A DNA stretch of 64,000 nucleotides, from positions 541,744-605,743 of the forward strand of contig OZ250177.1 in NCBI GenBank assembly GCA_965238135.1, given 5' to 3'. Below the pieces are notes generated by a model. It had not been told where the DNA came from, searched no databases, and saw only the letters and a program-made list of their open reading frames with translations. This stretch comes from Candidatus Multivorans sp. (GTDB lineage Bacteria > Acidobacteriota > Thermoanaerobaculia > Multivoradales > Multivoraceae). This document shows, one piece after another, positions 1 to 8,527 of this stretch; within the stretch, counting starts at the first letter, position 1; each line of letters begins with the position of its first letter. The translations under genes were made by a program, and so were the position numbers.

Positions 1-921
1 GACGGCGACGGCCTGGTCGATCTCTACGTGGCGAACGACCAGGCGGTGAACCACCTGTGGCTGAACCGGGGCGACGGCACGTTCCGGGAGGACGCGCTGG
101 CGCGCGGGGCGGCGCTCAACGAACTCGGCCAGCCGGAGGCCGGCATGGGGATCGCGGTCGCGGACCCGGACGGCGACGGCGACCTGGACCTGTTCCTGAC
201 CCACCTGGCCGGTGAGACGAACACCTACTACCGGAACGACGGCCACGGTTTCTTTCAGGATGTGACCGACGAGAAGGGACTCGGCGGCGTCAGCCAGGCT
301 TACACCGGGTTCGGCACCTCCTGGTTTGACTACGACGGCGACGGCACGCTCGACCTCTTCGTCGCCAACGGCAAGGTGACGCCGGGCGACACGGCCGCCT
401 TCGACTACCGCGAGCCGAACCAGTTGCTGCGCGGCCTGCCGTCGGGCCGTTACGAGGACGTCTCGGGCCGGGCCGGCGCCGCGTTCGAGCTCCTCGAGGT
501 AAGCCGCGGCGCCGCCTTCGGCGACCTCGACAACGACGGCGATATGGACATTCTGGTGGTCAACAACGAAGGACGGGTCCGGCTGTTGCGGAACGAAGTG
601 GGGAACAGCCGCTCGTGGCTGGCCGTCGACCTCTGCGGCGGCGGCATCCTCGATCGTTCCGCCGTCGGCTCGCGCGTGACCATCAAGGCGGGGGGCAGAA
701 GCTGGACCCGGGACGTGCGGCCGGCGCGCAGCTTCGCCGTTGCCAACGATCCGCGGGTTCACTTCGCGTTCGGTGACACTTCGAGCTTGGATCATCTGAC
801 GGTGCGCTGGTCGCACGGCGGGGTTACCGAGCGTGTGGGGCTGCCGATCAACAGCGTTCTGCGGTTGCTCGCGCCGGGTGGCACCGCACCGGCTGAGGGA
901 GTGTGTCGTGACGCGCGTTGA
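1..921 (+). CDS. ASPIC/UnbV and FG-GAP repeat (CRTAC1-like) protein, 5'-truncated by window edge
   Basis: Frame 1 is open from nt 1. Repeated DxDGDGxxDL FG-GAP/VCBS motifs (DGDGLVDLYVAND, DPDGDGDLDLFL, DYDGDGTLDLFVANG, DLDNDGDMDILVVNN). The C-terminal LTVRWSHGGVTER segment is typical of the ASPIC/UnbV domain. Stop at 919-921. Confidence 0.8.
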   Translation, partial: DGDGLVDLYVANDQAVNHLWLNRGDGTFREDALARGAALNELGQPEAGMGIAVADPDGDGDLDLFLTHLAGETNTYYRNDGHGFFQDVTDEKGLGGVSQAYTGFGTSWFDYDGDGTLDLFVANGKVTPGDTAAFDYREPNQLLRGLPSGRYEDVSGRAGAAFELLEVSRGAAFGDLDNDGDMDILVVNNEGRVRLLRNEVGNSRSWLAVDLCGGGILDRSAVGSRVTIKAGGRSWTRDVRPARSFAVANDPRVHFAFGDTSSLDHLTVRWSHGGVTERVGLPINSVLRLLAPGGTAPAEGVCRDAR

Positions 922-2119
922 TTGCCGGCGACACCGCTCCGGGCGCTCGCAGCGAAAGACCGACGTTCAGAGTAGAGAGTCTCGTCGGAGCAACACCCGT
1001 GCTCTGGGTGCGCGGGCCTTCTGGCCCGCATCCGGATTCCTGGCCGCAGTGGTCGCGTTCACGGCCGCGTGCGGTGAGCCGCCTCCTCAAGCATCGGCCG
1101 CCGAAGAGATCCCCCGCATCCCGAACCTGAGCGAACTCGACCCGGGGTTCGTGACCGCGGTCCGCGACGCGTGGTCAGCCGTCGACCGCGACCCGTCGAA
1201 CGGCGCGGCGGTCGGTGCCTTGGGCCGCCTATACCAGGCGCACCTCTACCTGGACCAAGCCCGGCAGTGCTACGAGCGCGCTCAACAGTTGGATCCAACC
1301 ACCCCCGACTGGCCTTACTACCTCGGCTTCCTGGCCGCCGGCCGCGGCGCCCACGAAGAAGCGGCGGACTACTTCGAGCGCGCCCTGCAACTCCGGCCAT
1401 CGTACTGGGTGGCTCGGGTGCGGCTCGGCAACGCGCTGCTCGCGGCCGCTGACCTCGACGGCGCCGAGCAGGCCTTCCGGGCCGCGCGGTCGGCGGCGCC
1501 GGGCACGCCTTGGGGCGAGCTTGGTCTGGGCAAGACGGCACGGCGCCGGGGACGCTTCGAGGAGGCAGCGGAGCACCTGCGCGCGACCCTTGCGCTCGAC
1601 CCGGAACATCGCGAGACGAGGTATCTGCTGGCGATGACCGAGCGGGAACTCGGCAATCCGGGACGAGCCGGCGAACTGCTCGAGGGACTGGCCAACGCCG
1701 AGGTCTCCAGCCTCGAGGACCCGATGATGCAGGCGGTGTTCGCCTTGGTGCGCGACACGCAGTCGCTGATTCGCACCGCGAACGAGCGTCTGGCGGAGGG
1801 GGACCACCGGACAGCGGAGCGGCTCTACCGTGAGGTGCTGCTGCTGGACCCCGATTCCTACGATGCCCATCTCAACCTGGGCGTGCTTTTTGGGTTGGCC
1901 GACCGGAACCAGGAGGCCGCCGCGTCACTGGAACGGGCGGTCGAGATCGATCCCGAGCGGGCGGACGCGTACGCCCTGCTGACCATCGCCTACATCAAGA
2001 GCGGCCGCGCGGAGGAGGGGCTGCAACAGTTGGAGAGGGCGCTCCAAATCGACCCGGACCATCCCCGGGCCGGCGAGATTCTCTACAGCCTGGGCGGCAA
2101 CCCGGAGCAACTGCGCTAA
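908..2119 (+). CDS. TPR-repeat lipoprotein
   Basis: Multiple 34-aa TPR-like units (e.g. LGRLYQAHLYLDQARQCYERAQQLDP, ADYFERALQLRP, AHLNLGVLFGLADRNQEAAASLERAVEIDP). Lipobox-like FLAAVVAFTAAC follows a basic N-region. Start is uncertain: the most upstream candidate is 833; the GTG at 908 is the first start after the stop of the upstream gene. High GC3 codon usage. Confidence 0.72.
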   Translation: MTRVDCRRHRSGRSQRKTDVQSRESRRSNTRALGARAFWPASGFLAAVVAFTAACGEPPPQASAAEEIPRIPNLSELDPGFVTAVRDAWSAVDRDPSNGAAVGALGRLYQAHLYLDQARQCYERAQQLDPTTPDWPYYLGFLAAGRGAHEEAADYFERALQLRPSYWVARVRLGNALLAAADLDGAEQAFRAARSAAPGTPWGELGLGKTARRRGRFEEAAEHLRATLALDPEHRETRYLLAMTERELGNPGRAGELLEGLANAEVSSLEDPMMQAVFALVRDTQSLIRTANERLAEGDHRTAERLYREVLLLDPDSYDAHLNLGVLFGLADRNQEAAASLERAVEIDPERADAYALLTIAYIKSGRAEEGLQQLERALQIDPDHPRAGEILYSLGGNPEQLR

Positions 2120-2281
2120 CACTCTTGTTTGGTCCCACCGGGTTGGCCCCACCGGGATGGCTCTGCGCCGCCTGGTGGGCGGCGCGCCGGCGGTTGCGCT
2201 TTACTCGGTCTTTACAAACGAAGGGGAGGATCGCGCGCCGTGACCGGAAGTAACGGGGCGCACACCAGAACGAGGGGCACA

Positions 2282-5083
2282 ATGAGAGAAAGCAACGCGA
2301 AGCAGAGAAGCCGGTCAAGTCAGCAAGATCCAATACGGCATGGACGCCGTTTGACCATCCTCGCGCTCGTAGTAGTCATGCACCTGCCGACCCTTTTCGC
2401 GGCTGCCCACGGGCAGACGAACTCGGCACCGGTTGTTCTACTCTCGATCGACGACGTGACCCTCACGGTGGGCTACGGGGCGACACAGTTCGACCTTGCT
2501 ACGCACTTCAATGATCCTGACGGCGATAGCCTCTCGTACGGAGTTTGGCACAGCAACAACGTTGGGGTCCTGTTCTCCGGGAGCACGATGTCTCTGACCG
2601 GCAGGGCAGCCGGCATGAGTACCGTCACAGTGCGAGCCACGGATCCTTCGGACCTCTACGCCGAATTGAGCTTCGCAGCGACGGTCAGAGCGAACACTGC
2701 GCCGGTTGTCCTTCTGCCGATCCCTGACGCGACGCTGACGGTCGGCGGCCGCACCGGGACGGTGGTCCTTTCGTCCCACTTCCAGGATGCTGAGGAGGGC
2801 GACCTGACCTACGCGGCGACATCGGCCGACCCTGCGATAGCGACGGCGACGGTGGCCGAGGGTGTGCTGTCCGTGACTGCCGTTGCGGCAGGAGCGACTA
2901 CCGTCACGGTGACGGCGAGTGACCCGGCCGCGGCGACTTCGGCTCCCGATGTATTCGCGGTGACCGTCGGGTCGCCAGTGAGTGTCACGGTACCGGATGC
3001 CAATCTTCGGACCGCGGTGGAGGCCGCGTTGGCAAGACAGGCCGGCGCGACGATCAACAGTGCCGAGATGGAAGGTCTGGGTCGGCTTGAGTGTGACAGT
3101 TGTGGCATTCAGAACCTCACCGGTTTGGAGTTCGCGACTGGATTGACCGCGCTGGCACTTGGCGGCAACTCGATTACTGACCCGACACCGCTCTCGGGTC
3201 TCACCGGTCTGACGGACCTGGATCTCGGCAGCAACTCGTTGACGGACGTTTCTCCGCTCTCGGGTCTCACCGGCTTGACGGACCTGGATCTCGGCAGCAA
3301 CTCGTTGACGGACGTTTCTCCGCTCTCGGGTCTCACCGGCTTGACGGACCTGGATCTCGGCAGCAACTCGTTGACGGATGTATCTCCGCTCTCGGGTCTC
3401 ACCGGTCTGACGGACCTGGATCTCGGCAGCAACTCGCTGACGGACGTTTCTCCGCTCTCGGGTCTCACCGGCTTGACGGACCTGGATCTCGGCAGCAACT
3501 CGTTGACGGATGTATCTCCGCTTTCGGGTCTCACCGGTCTGACGGACCTGGATCTCGGCAGCAACTCGTTGACGGACGTCACTCCCCTCTCGGGTCTCAC
3601 CGGCTTGACGGACCTGGATCTCGGCGGCAACTCGTTGACGGACGTTTCTCCGCTTTCGGGTCTCACCGGCCTGACGGACCTGGATCTCGCCAGCAACTCG
3701 TTGACGGACGCTTCTCCGCTTTCGGGGCTCACTGCCCTGACCGACGTGGAACTCGACGGCAACTCGCTGACGGACATCTCTCCGCTCTCGAGCCTGACCA
3801 GCCTCAGCCGACTGTATCTGCGCCACAATTGCCTTACGGGTATTCACGCGCTGACGAGCAACACCGGCTTGGGCCAAGGCGACCACATCGCGCTCGAGTG
3901 GAACCCTCTGGTAGCGAGCGCGGTTGCCGGCGATCTTGCCGCGCTGCGGGGCCGCGGAGTGACCGTGCTGGTCTCGGAGACGGCCTCGGTTGAAGTCGTA
4001 GCCCCGCTCAACGTGAGCGCGACCCCCGGTGACGGCGAACTGACATTGACCTGGGACTCCCCTCGAGACCCGGACGACGTAACCGTCTACGAAGTGCGCT
4101 GGCGTTCGGCCACGGGGACGTTCAGCGCCTGGACGATCGTTCCTTGTTCGTCAAAGCGCCGGCACAAGCTGACCGGTCTGGACAACGGCACGGCCTACAC
4201 GGTTGAACTACGGGCCGCAGGCCATGCCGACAACGGCGTCGCGACCGTAGGCCCCACAACAGTGAGGCCGCCCAACAGGGCACCGGTTGTCTCGCTCTCG
4301 ATCCCCGACGTGAGTCTCACAGTCGGCTACGGGGCGACGCAGTTCGACCTGTCGAACCACTTCAGCGACCCGGACGGCGACGAGCTCCTGTTTACAGCCA
4401 GCCCCCCGACTATCGTCACCGCCACCGTCACCGGAAACACGATGACCGTGGCACCGGTCGCAGCGGGCACTGGCGTGGCCACTGTGCGGGCGGCGGATCC
4501 TTCGGGACTCTTCGTTGAGCAGACGTTCAACGTGACCGTAGGCGCCAACGGCGCGCCGGAGGTGTCGCTGGCCATCGACAACATGACGCTCACGGTTGGT
4601 GGCCGGTCGGAAACCGTCACATTGTCAGCGCACTTTCGGGATCCCGAACAGGGGGCGCTGACCTACTCGTCCGTTTCCGCAAGTCCCGCCGTGGCAACCG
4701 CCACGGTATCTGATGGAGTACTGACAGTGAGCGGGGTGTCGGTCGGGACCGCACGGATGACCGTCACGGCGAGTGACCAGGGCGGCGCGACATCGGCTGG
4801 CGCTGTGTTCACGGTGACGGCAAGGGCCGCCGTGAATGTCGAGATACCGGACGCCAATCTCCGCACCGCCGTGGAACAGGAGTTGGGCAAACAGGCGGGG
4901 GCGACGATCACCAGCGCCGAGATGGAACAGATCGTCAGCTTCATGTGTCAAGATTGCAACATTGAAGTCTTGAGTGGTTTGGAGTACGCGACGGGAATGA
5001 CGGACCTCGACCTTGGTGACAATGTTTCAATTGCGGATCTGGCGGCTCTCTCAGGTCTCACTAACCTAACCTTGATTCGCTAG
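2282..5083 (+). CDS. Giant surface protein, 5' portion (signal peptide, 3 cadherin-like/Ig-like DPDGD domains, ~9 LRRs with LRR C-cap, FN3, 2-3 more cadherin-like domains, LRRs); truncated by IS insertion at 5066-5069
   Basis: ATG 2282 preceded by a GAGGGG RBS. Signal peptide RLTILALVVVMHLPTLFAAAHGQ. Repeated ~95-aa domains with a xxHFxDPDGDxLxY motif. 22-aa LRRs LSGLTGLTDLDLGSNSLTDVSP. FN3 segment VYEVRWRS...TAYTVELRA. The reading frame runs straight into the IS terminal inverted repeat, which supplies the stop (LIR*). Confidence 0.85.
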   Translation: MRESNAKQRSRSSQQDPIRHGRRLTILALVVVMHLPTLFAAAHGQTNSAPVVLLSIDDVTLTVGYGATQFDLATHFNDPDGDSLSYGVWHSNNVGVLFSGSTMSLTGRAAGMSTVTVRATDPSDLYAELSFAATVRANTAPVVLLPIPDATLTVGGRTGTVVLSSHFQDAEEGDLTYAATSADPAIATATVAEGVLSVTAVAAGATTVTVTASDPAAATSAPDVFAVTVGSPVSVTVPDANLRTAVEAALARQAGATINSAEMEGLGRLECDSCGIQNLTGLEFATGLTALALGGNSITDPTPLSGLTGLTDLDLGSNSLTDVSPLSGLTGLTDLDLGSNSLTDVSPLSGLTGLTDLDLGSNSLTDVSPLSGLTGLTDLDLGSNSLTDVSPLSGLTGLTDLDLGSNSLTDVSPLSGLTGLTDLDLGSNSLTDVTPLSGLTGLTDLDLGGNSLTDVSPLSGLTGLTDLDLASNSLTDASPLSGLTALTDVELDGNSLTDISPLSSLTSLSRLYLRHNCLTGIHALTSNTGLGQGDHIALEWNPLVASAVAGDLAALRGRGVTVLVSETASVEVVAPLNVSATPGDGELTLTWDSPRDPDDVTVYEVRWRSATGTFSAWTIVPCSSKRRHKLTGLDNGTAYTVELRAAGHADNGVATVGPTTVRPPNRAPVVSLSIPDVSLTVGYGATQFDLSNHFSDPDGDELLFTASPPTIVTATVTGNTMTVAPVAAGTGVATVRAADPSGLFVEQTFNVTVGANGAPEVSLAIDNMTLTVGGRSETVTLSAHFRDPEQGALTYSSVSASPAVATATVSDGVLTVSGVSVGTARMTVTASDQGGATSAGAVFTVTARAAVNVEIPDANLRTAVEQELGKQAGATITSAEMEQIVSFMCQDCNIEVLSGLEYATGMTDLDLGDNVSIADLAALSGLTNLTLIR
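3191..3784 (+). repeat. Nine tandem 66-bp repeats encoding 22-aa leucine-rich repeats; the first eight are >=90% identical at DNA level
   Basis: Unit ctctcgggtctcaccggcttgacggacctggatctcggcagcaactcgttgacggacgtttctccg is reiterated head-to-tail with only a few substitutions per copy. The last unit (3719-3784) is more diverged. Confidence 0.9.
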
Positions 5084-6575
5084 AAACTTCACGCACAGAT
5101 GGCGTTCTGGATGGCAAGGAAATGGTTGGCGACGGCTGGCGAGGCGCCGAGATGGAGCGTCGTCTTTCCTCTCGGTCTCAGCAGGACGGCGGCTCGTCCG
5201 AGGAGCTTGTAGCGGAGGGTGTGGATGCTCTGGAATCGGCGGCGCGTGCGGCGCTTGCGGTTGGTGTTCCTGGCCGGGGCGAGGGTTTGGGCCTGGAAGG
5301 CTCGGGAGAGGTTGAAGGCGAGCACGCTGAGCATCTGCCAGGCGGCGTTGGCGTGCTCTTCGAGGCTGGGCACGCAGTCGAAGGCGAAGCCTCCCTTGAG
5401 TTCGCCGTAGACCTTCTCGTGGCTGCCCCGGCCGTTGTAGAAGTGCCACAGGGTACGGCCCTGAATGCGCTTGTTGGTGAGGATGGCCGAGTACTCGTAG
5501 TGGCCGTCGTCGGGATCGAAGAGGTCGAGCTGGAAGTTCTTCCTGGTCTCGTGCGCGACATGGCGCCGGTAGAGCACGATTCTGCGGACCCGGCCCCAGA
5601 GCGTCTGCCGGGTCTCGTAGCACCAGGTGCGGTCGTCGACGCGCTTCCAGTGCGCCCTGGCGGCGATCTGCTTGAAGTCCAGCCACGGATAGAACGGGGC
5701 CTTGATCGCGTACTCGACGCCTGCGGGGTCGAGGACATCGAGCAGGTCTTCGCGGAAGAAGGCCCCGTCCATGCGGAGTTCCAGGATGCGGCGCTTGCCC
5801 ACGGCGTCGCGGACCTGCCGGATCAGGTCGTCGATGAAGCCGACGGCGGCCTTGCCGTCGTGGATGTTGCCGGGGCGGTTCCGGAGCCGCACGATCTGCC
5901 CCTCCTGGGCCTCGCAGGCGGTAACCGGGTAGTAGCTGGGGGCCTTCCGGCGGTGGGGGTTGTAGCCCCGGAAGGCTCCCTTGACCTTCAGTCCGGTGCT
6001 GACCACCGAACCATCGACGTCGAGGGTGAGCCGGCGACCGCCGGTCCGCCGCAAGACGTTCCCGACCAGCTCCTCGTTGAGCTTCGAGAGCCGTTCCACG
6101 TCCTCGCTGCGGATGCGTTGCATCCAGGCGCTCGCCGTCCGCGGCGCCGGCAGCCTGGAGAGGCCGGCGAAGCGGGCCAGGACGGGGTCGCCCTGCTCGT
6201 GGCGCAGGTGCAGGATGCGCCTTCCTCCGACCAGGATCAGGCCGAGCAGGACCAGGATCATCGGCACGGCGCCGAAGTCGGTGGCGGGGAATCCCGAACC
6301 CACGGCGCGGCGGAGAATGGCGACGAAACCGCTTCGTTTCATGTACTCCCGGACCAGCTCGAGCCCGGCATGAGAGGTAACTTCCTGGCGCCCGGTTCTG
6401 TAATGCGCGTTGCCGTTGACACGGCGCTTCAGATCTGCTCTTCTAGATCGCACTGGGAGTGGCCTTTCGTGGAGGGCGTTCGTGATCTATTCCAACCACG
6501 AGAATACCCCATCCCGCAAGGCCCTCCCGGCCTTCACGTCAGGTCGAACTAACGCATTGTTCTAGCGAATCAAGG
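5070..6575 (-). mobile_element. Intact insertion sequence of the IS4 superfamily (IS701/IS1380-like), 1,506 bp, with 16-bp perfect terminal inverted repeats and a 4-bp target site duplication CTAA
   Basis: Left TIR ccttgattcgctagaa at 5070-5085 is the exact reverse complement of 6560-6575. Flanking direct repeat ctaa at 5066-5069 and 6576-6579. Removing the element and one ctaa restores a continuous LRR reading frame (GLTNLRSLLLFGNAITDLSPLSGLT). Contains a single 454-aa transposase ORF. Confidence 0.9.
5089..6453 (-). CDS. DDE transposase, IS4 superfamily
   Basis: 454-aa ORF occupying the IS interior. Carries the Y(2)R(3)E(6)K signature (YNGRGSHEKVYGELK) characteristic of IS4-like DDE transposases. 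Confidence 0.8.
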   Translation of the reverse strand: MRSRRADLKRRVNGNAHYRTGRQEVTSHAGLELVREYMKRSGFVAILRRAVGSGFPATDFGAVPMILVLLGLILVGGRRILHLRHEQGDPVLARFAGLSRLPAPRTASAWMQRIRSEDVERLSKLNEELVGNVLRRTGGRRLTLDVDGSVVSTGLKVKGAFRGYNPHRRKAPSYYPVTACEAQEGQIVRLRNRPGNIHDGKAAVGFIDDLIRQVRDAVGKRRILELRMDGAFFREDLLDVLDPAGVEYAIKAPFYPWLDFKQIAARAHWKRVDDRTWCYETRQTLWGRVRRIVLYRRHVAHETRKNFQLDLFDPDDGHYEYSAILTNKRIQGRTLWHFYNGRGSHEKVYGELKGGFAFDCVPSLEEHANAAWQMLSVLAFNLSRAFQAQTLAPARNTNRKRRTRRRFQSIHTLRYKLLGRAAVLLRPRGKTTLHLGASPAVANHFLAIQNAICA

Positions 6576-8051
6576 CTAAGGAGCCTGCTGCTTTTTGGCA
6601 ACGCGATCACGGACCTGTCGCCACTCTCGGGCCTCACTGCCCTCGCGGAGTTGGAACTCGACACCAACTCGATCGCGGACGTGTCGCCGCTCTCGGGTCT
6701 GACTGGACTTTCCTCGCTGGATCTCGCCGGAAACCGGATCACGAGTGTGTCGCCGCTCTCCGGTCTTTCCGGCGTTGAGGGGCTGAATCTCTCCACCAAC
6801 GGGATCACGGACGTATCGCCGTTGTCGGGGCTGACCGCCCTGAGACGTCTGTACCTTCGCAACAACGCGATCGCGGACATAGCGGCGCTCTTGGGCCTCA
6901 CGGACCTCAGGCAACTGAACCTCGATGGCAACAGGATCACGAATGTGTCTCCGCTCTCAAGTCTGACGAAGCTCGATCGGCTGGTTCTCCAGAACAACTC
7001 GATCGCGGAGATAGCGCCACTCTCAGGTCTCACCGGCCTTACGCAACTCGACCTCGACGACAACTCGCTCACGGCCCTGGGTGCGCTCTCAGGCCTGACG
7101 AATCTCAGGTGGCTGTATCTTGAAAGGAACTGCTTGACGAGCATCGACGCCTTGACGAGCAATACTGGATTGGGTGCCGGTGACCGCATCGGACTTCGGG
7201 AGAACGCCCTGGACGCTGACTCGCTCGCCAACGGCGTAACCGCACTGCGGGACCGCGGAGCGACCGTCCTAGTGACGGAGGCGCCGACGGCCAGAGTCGG
7301 CGCGCCGGCACACCTGATTGCGATGCCGGGGAACGGGGAGCTAGCTCTGACCTGGCCTGCCCCGCGAGCCGCGGTCGACATCCCGGCTTATGAGGTGCGC
7401 TGGCGTTCGGCCATCGGGACCTTCAGCGATTGGTCGACCGTTCCGTGCTCGTCGAAGGGTCGGCACCTGCTGAGTGGTCTAGTCAACGGCACGACATACA
7501 CGGTGGAACTACGGGCGGCTGGCCATGTCAGTAATGGCGTGAAGAGCGTTACCGCCACACCCACCAGCACGGCCGTTGTCGAGCCGGTGGAGACGATGTT
7601 GTGGGCAGCTTTGACGACACCGGGTGAGGTACCGTCGATATACGACGACACCTTTGAGTGGCTAGTCTCGGCGAGAGGAGCTTGGCCGATGCTGGTAGCG
7701 GAGGCGACCGTTTACCAGCCGCCGGTATACCTCCGTGAACTTGAGATTGCTCAGGGTCAGGAGCGAGGTTCCCACGTTGAGATTGCGCTCTCGACAACAT
7801 CGACGGGTTTGTCGTCGCTACCACCGTGGATGTTCGGTTGGCGAGTCCTGTTCTCGGTTCACGATGTCGGGCTGAACGAAGCGCTCCTCGACGAGGACGG
7901 CTTACCGCTTGTTCAAGCACAACTGAATGCTCGCGGGGAGGGCCGGTTCGCTGGAACGCTCGAGGGCGAGCTCGACACGTTCTGGGCCGCGATCTCGGAT
8001 AGCGGCGACTACGACTGGAGTGAGGGCCTGTACGTTGAACTGAGGCCCTGA
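6576..8051 (+). pseudogene. 3' portion of the IS-disrupted giant surface protein gene (LRRs, LRR C-cap, FN3, C-terminal domain of unknown function)
   Basis: Frame is open from the first base after the right IS end (LRSLLLFGNAITDLSPLSGLTALAELELDTNSIADVSPLS...). It continues the LRR register of the upstream fragment and has no signal peptide or start of its own. It repeats the module order of the upstream part (LRR - LYLxxNCLTxIxALTSNTGLGxGD cap - FN3 YEVRWRS...TYTVELRAAGH). Confidence 0.85.
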
Positions 8052-8090
8052 AGGTGGGGCTCCCGTCGTGTGGACGGGAAGCTGCGTCAG

Positions 8091-8240
8091 TTGGAGAAGG
8101 CGCTTGAGATCGACGCGGATCACCCGCGCGCTCTGCAGGTTCTTTTCCACAGCCTGGACGAAACTAGGAATTCCGGCTAACATTCTTTGTTTGGCCCCAC
8201 CGAGACGGCTCTTGCGCCGCCTGGTCATCGGCGCGACGGA
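8091..8240 (+). repeat. ~150-bp degenerate duplicate of the TPR-gene 3' end plus downstream leader (copy of 2030-2190)
   Basis: 8091-8180 encodes LEKALEIDADHPRALQVLFHSLDETRNSG*, paralogous to the TPR protein C-terminus LERALQIDPDHPRAGEILYSLGGNPEQLR*. It is followed by the shared motif ctaacaYtctttgtttggYcccaccg...ggctctKgcgccgcctggt in both copies. Roughly 75-80% identity. Confidence 0.75.
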
Positions 8241-8527
8241 GTTGCCTTGGTGGGACCCTGAGTCGGGCCGGTCCGGGTTGGACAAGTGCCTGACCGGGAG
8301 CGGCTTGGAGTCGAACGGGCAGTCGGAAGAATGATCGTCGCGGCCGTCGGCCGCGAGACGCCTCCGGGCTTCATCGGGTTTTTTCCATTCCCAGGGAGAA
8401 TCACCAGGGCGTGATCGGTTTTGTCCGATACGCCCGCAGGAGTATTGATCGTGTTTCCGTCCCAGGCTGTCCCGAGGGCGTGTGGATGGCTTGGTGGAAG
8501 GTCGACTAACTAAGTGGGGGGCAATAG

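Noticed and set aside
3191-3784. Possible CRISPR array (regular short direct repeats)
   Set aside because: Units abut with no spacers, lie inside a continuous ORF, and encode canonical LRRs. No cas genes are present.
2438-3886. Long minus-strand ORFs (482 aa and 239 aa at 3109-3828) with RQRVAAEIQVRQAGETRERRNV-type repeats
   Set aside because: They are the antisense reading of the 66-bp LRR tandem repeats. Their periodicity merely mirrors the sense-strand repeats, and the sense strand has a coherent domain architecture and signal peptide.
8062-8078. Possible rho-independent terminator hairpin (tcccgtc-gtgtg-gacggga) after the surface-protein gene
   Set aside because: Only a 7-bp stem with no U-tract. 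Too weak to call in a high-GC genome, so not listed as a feature.
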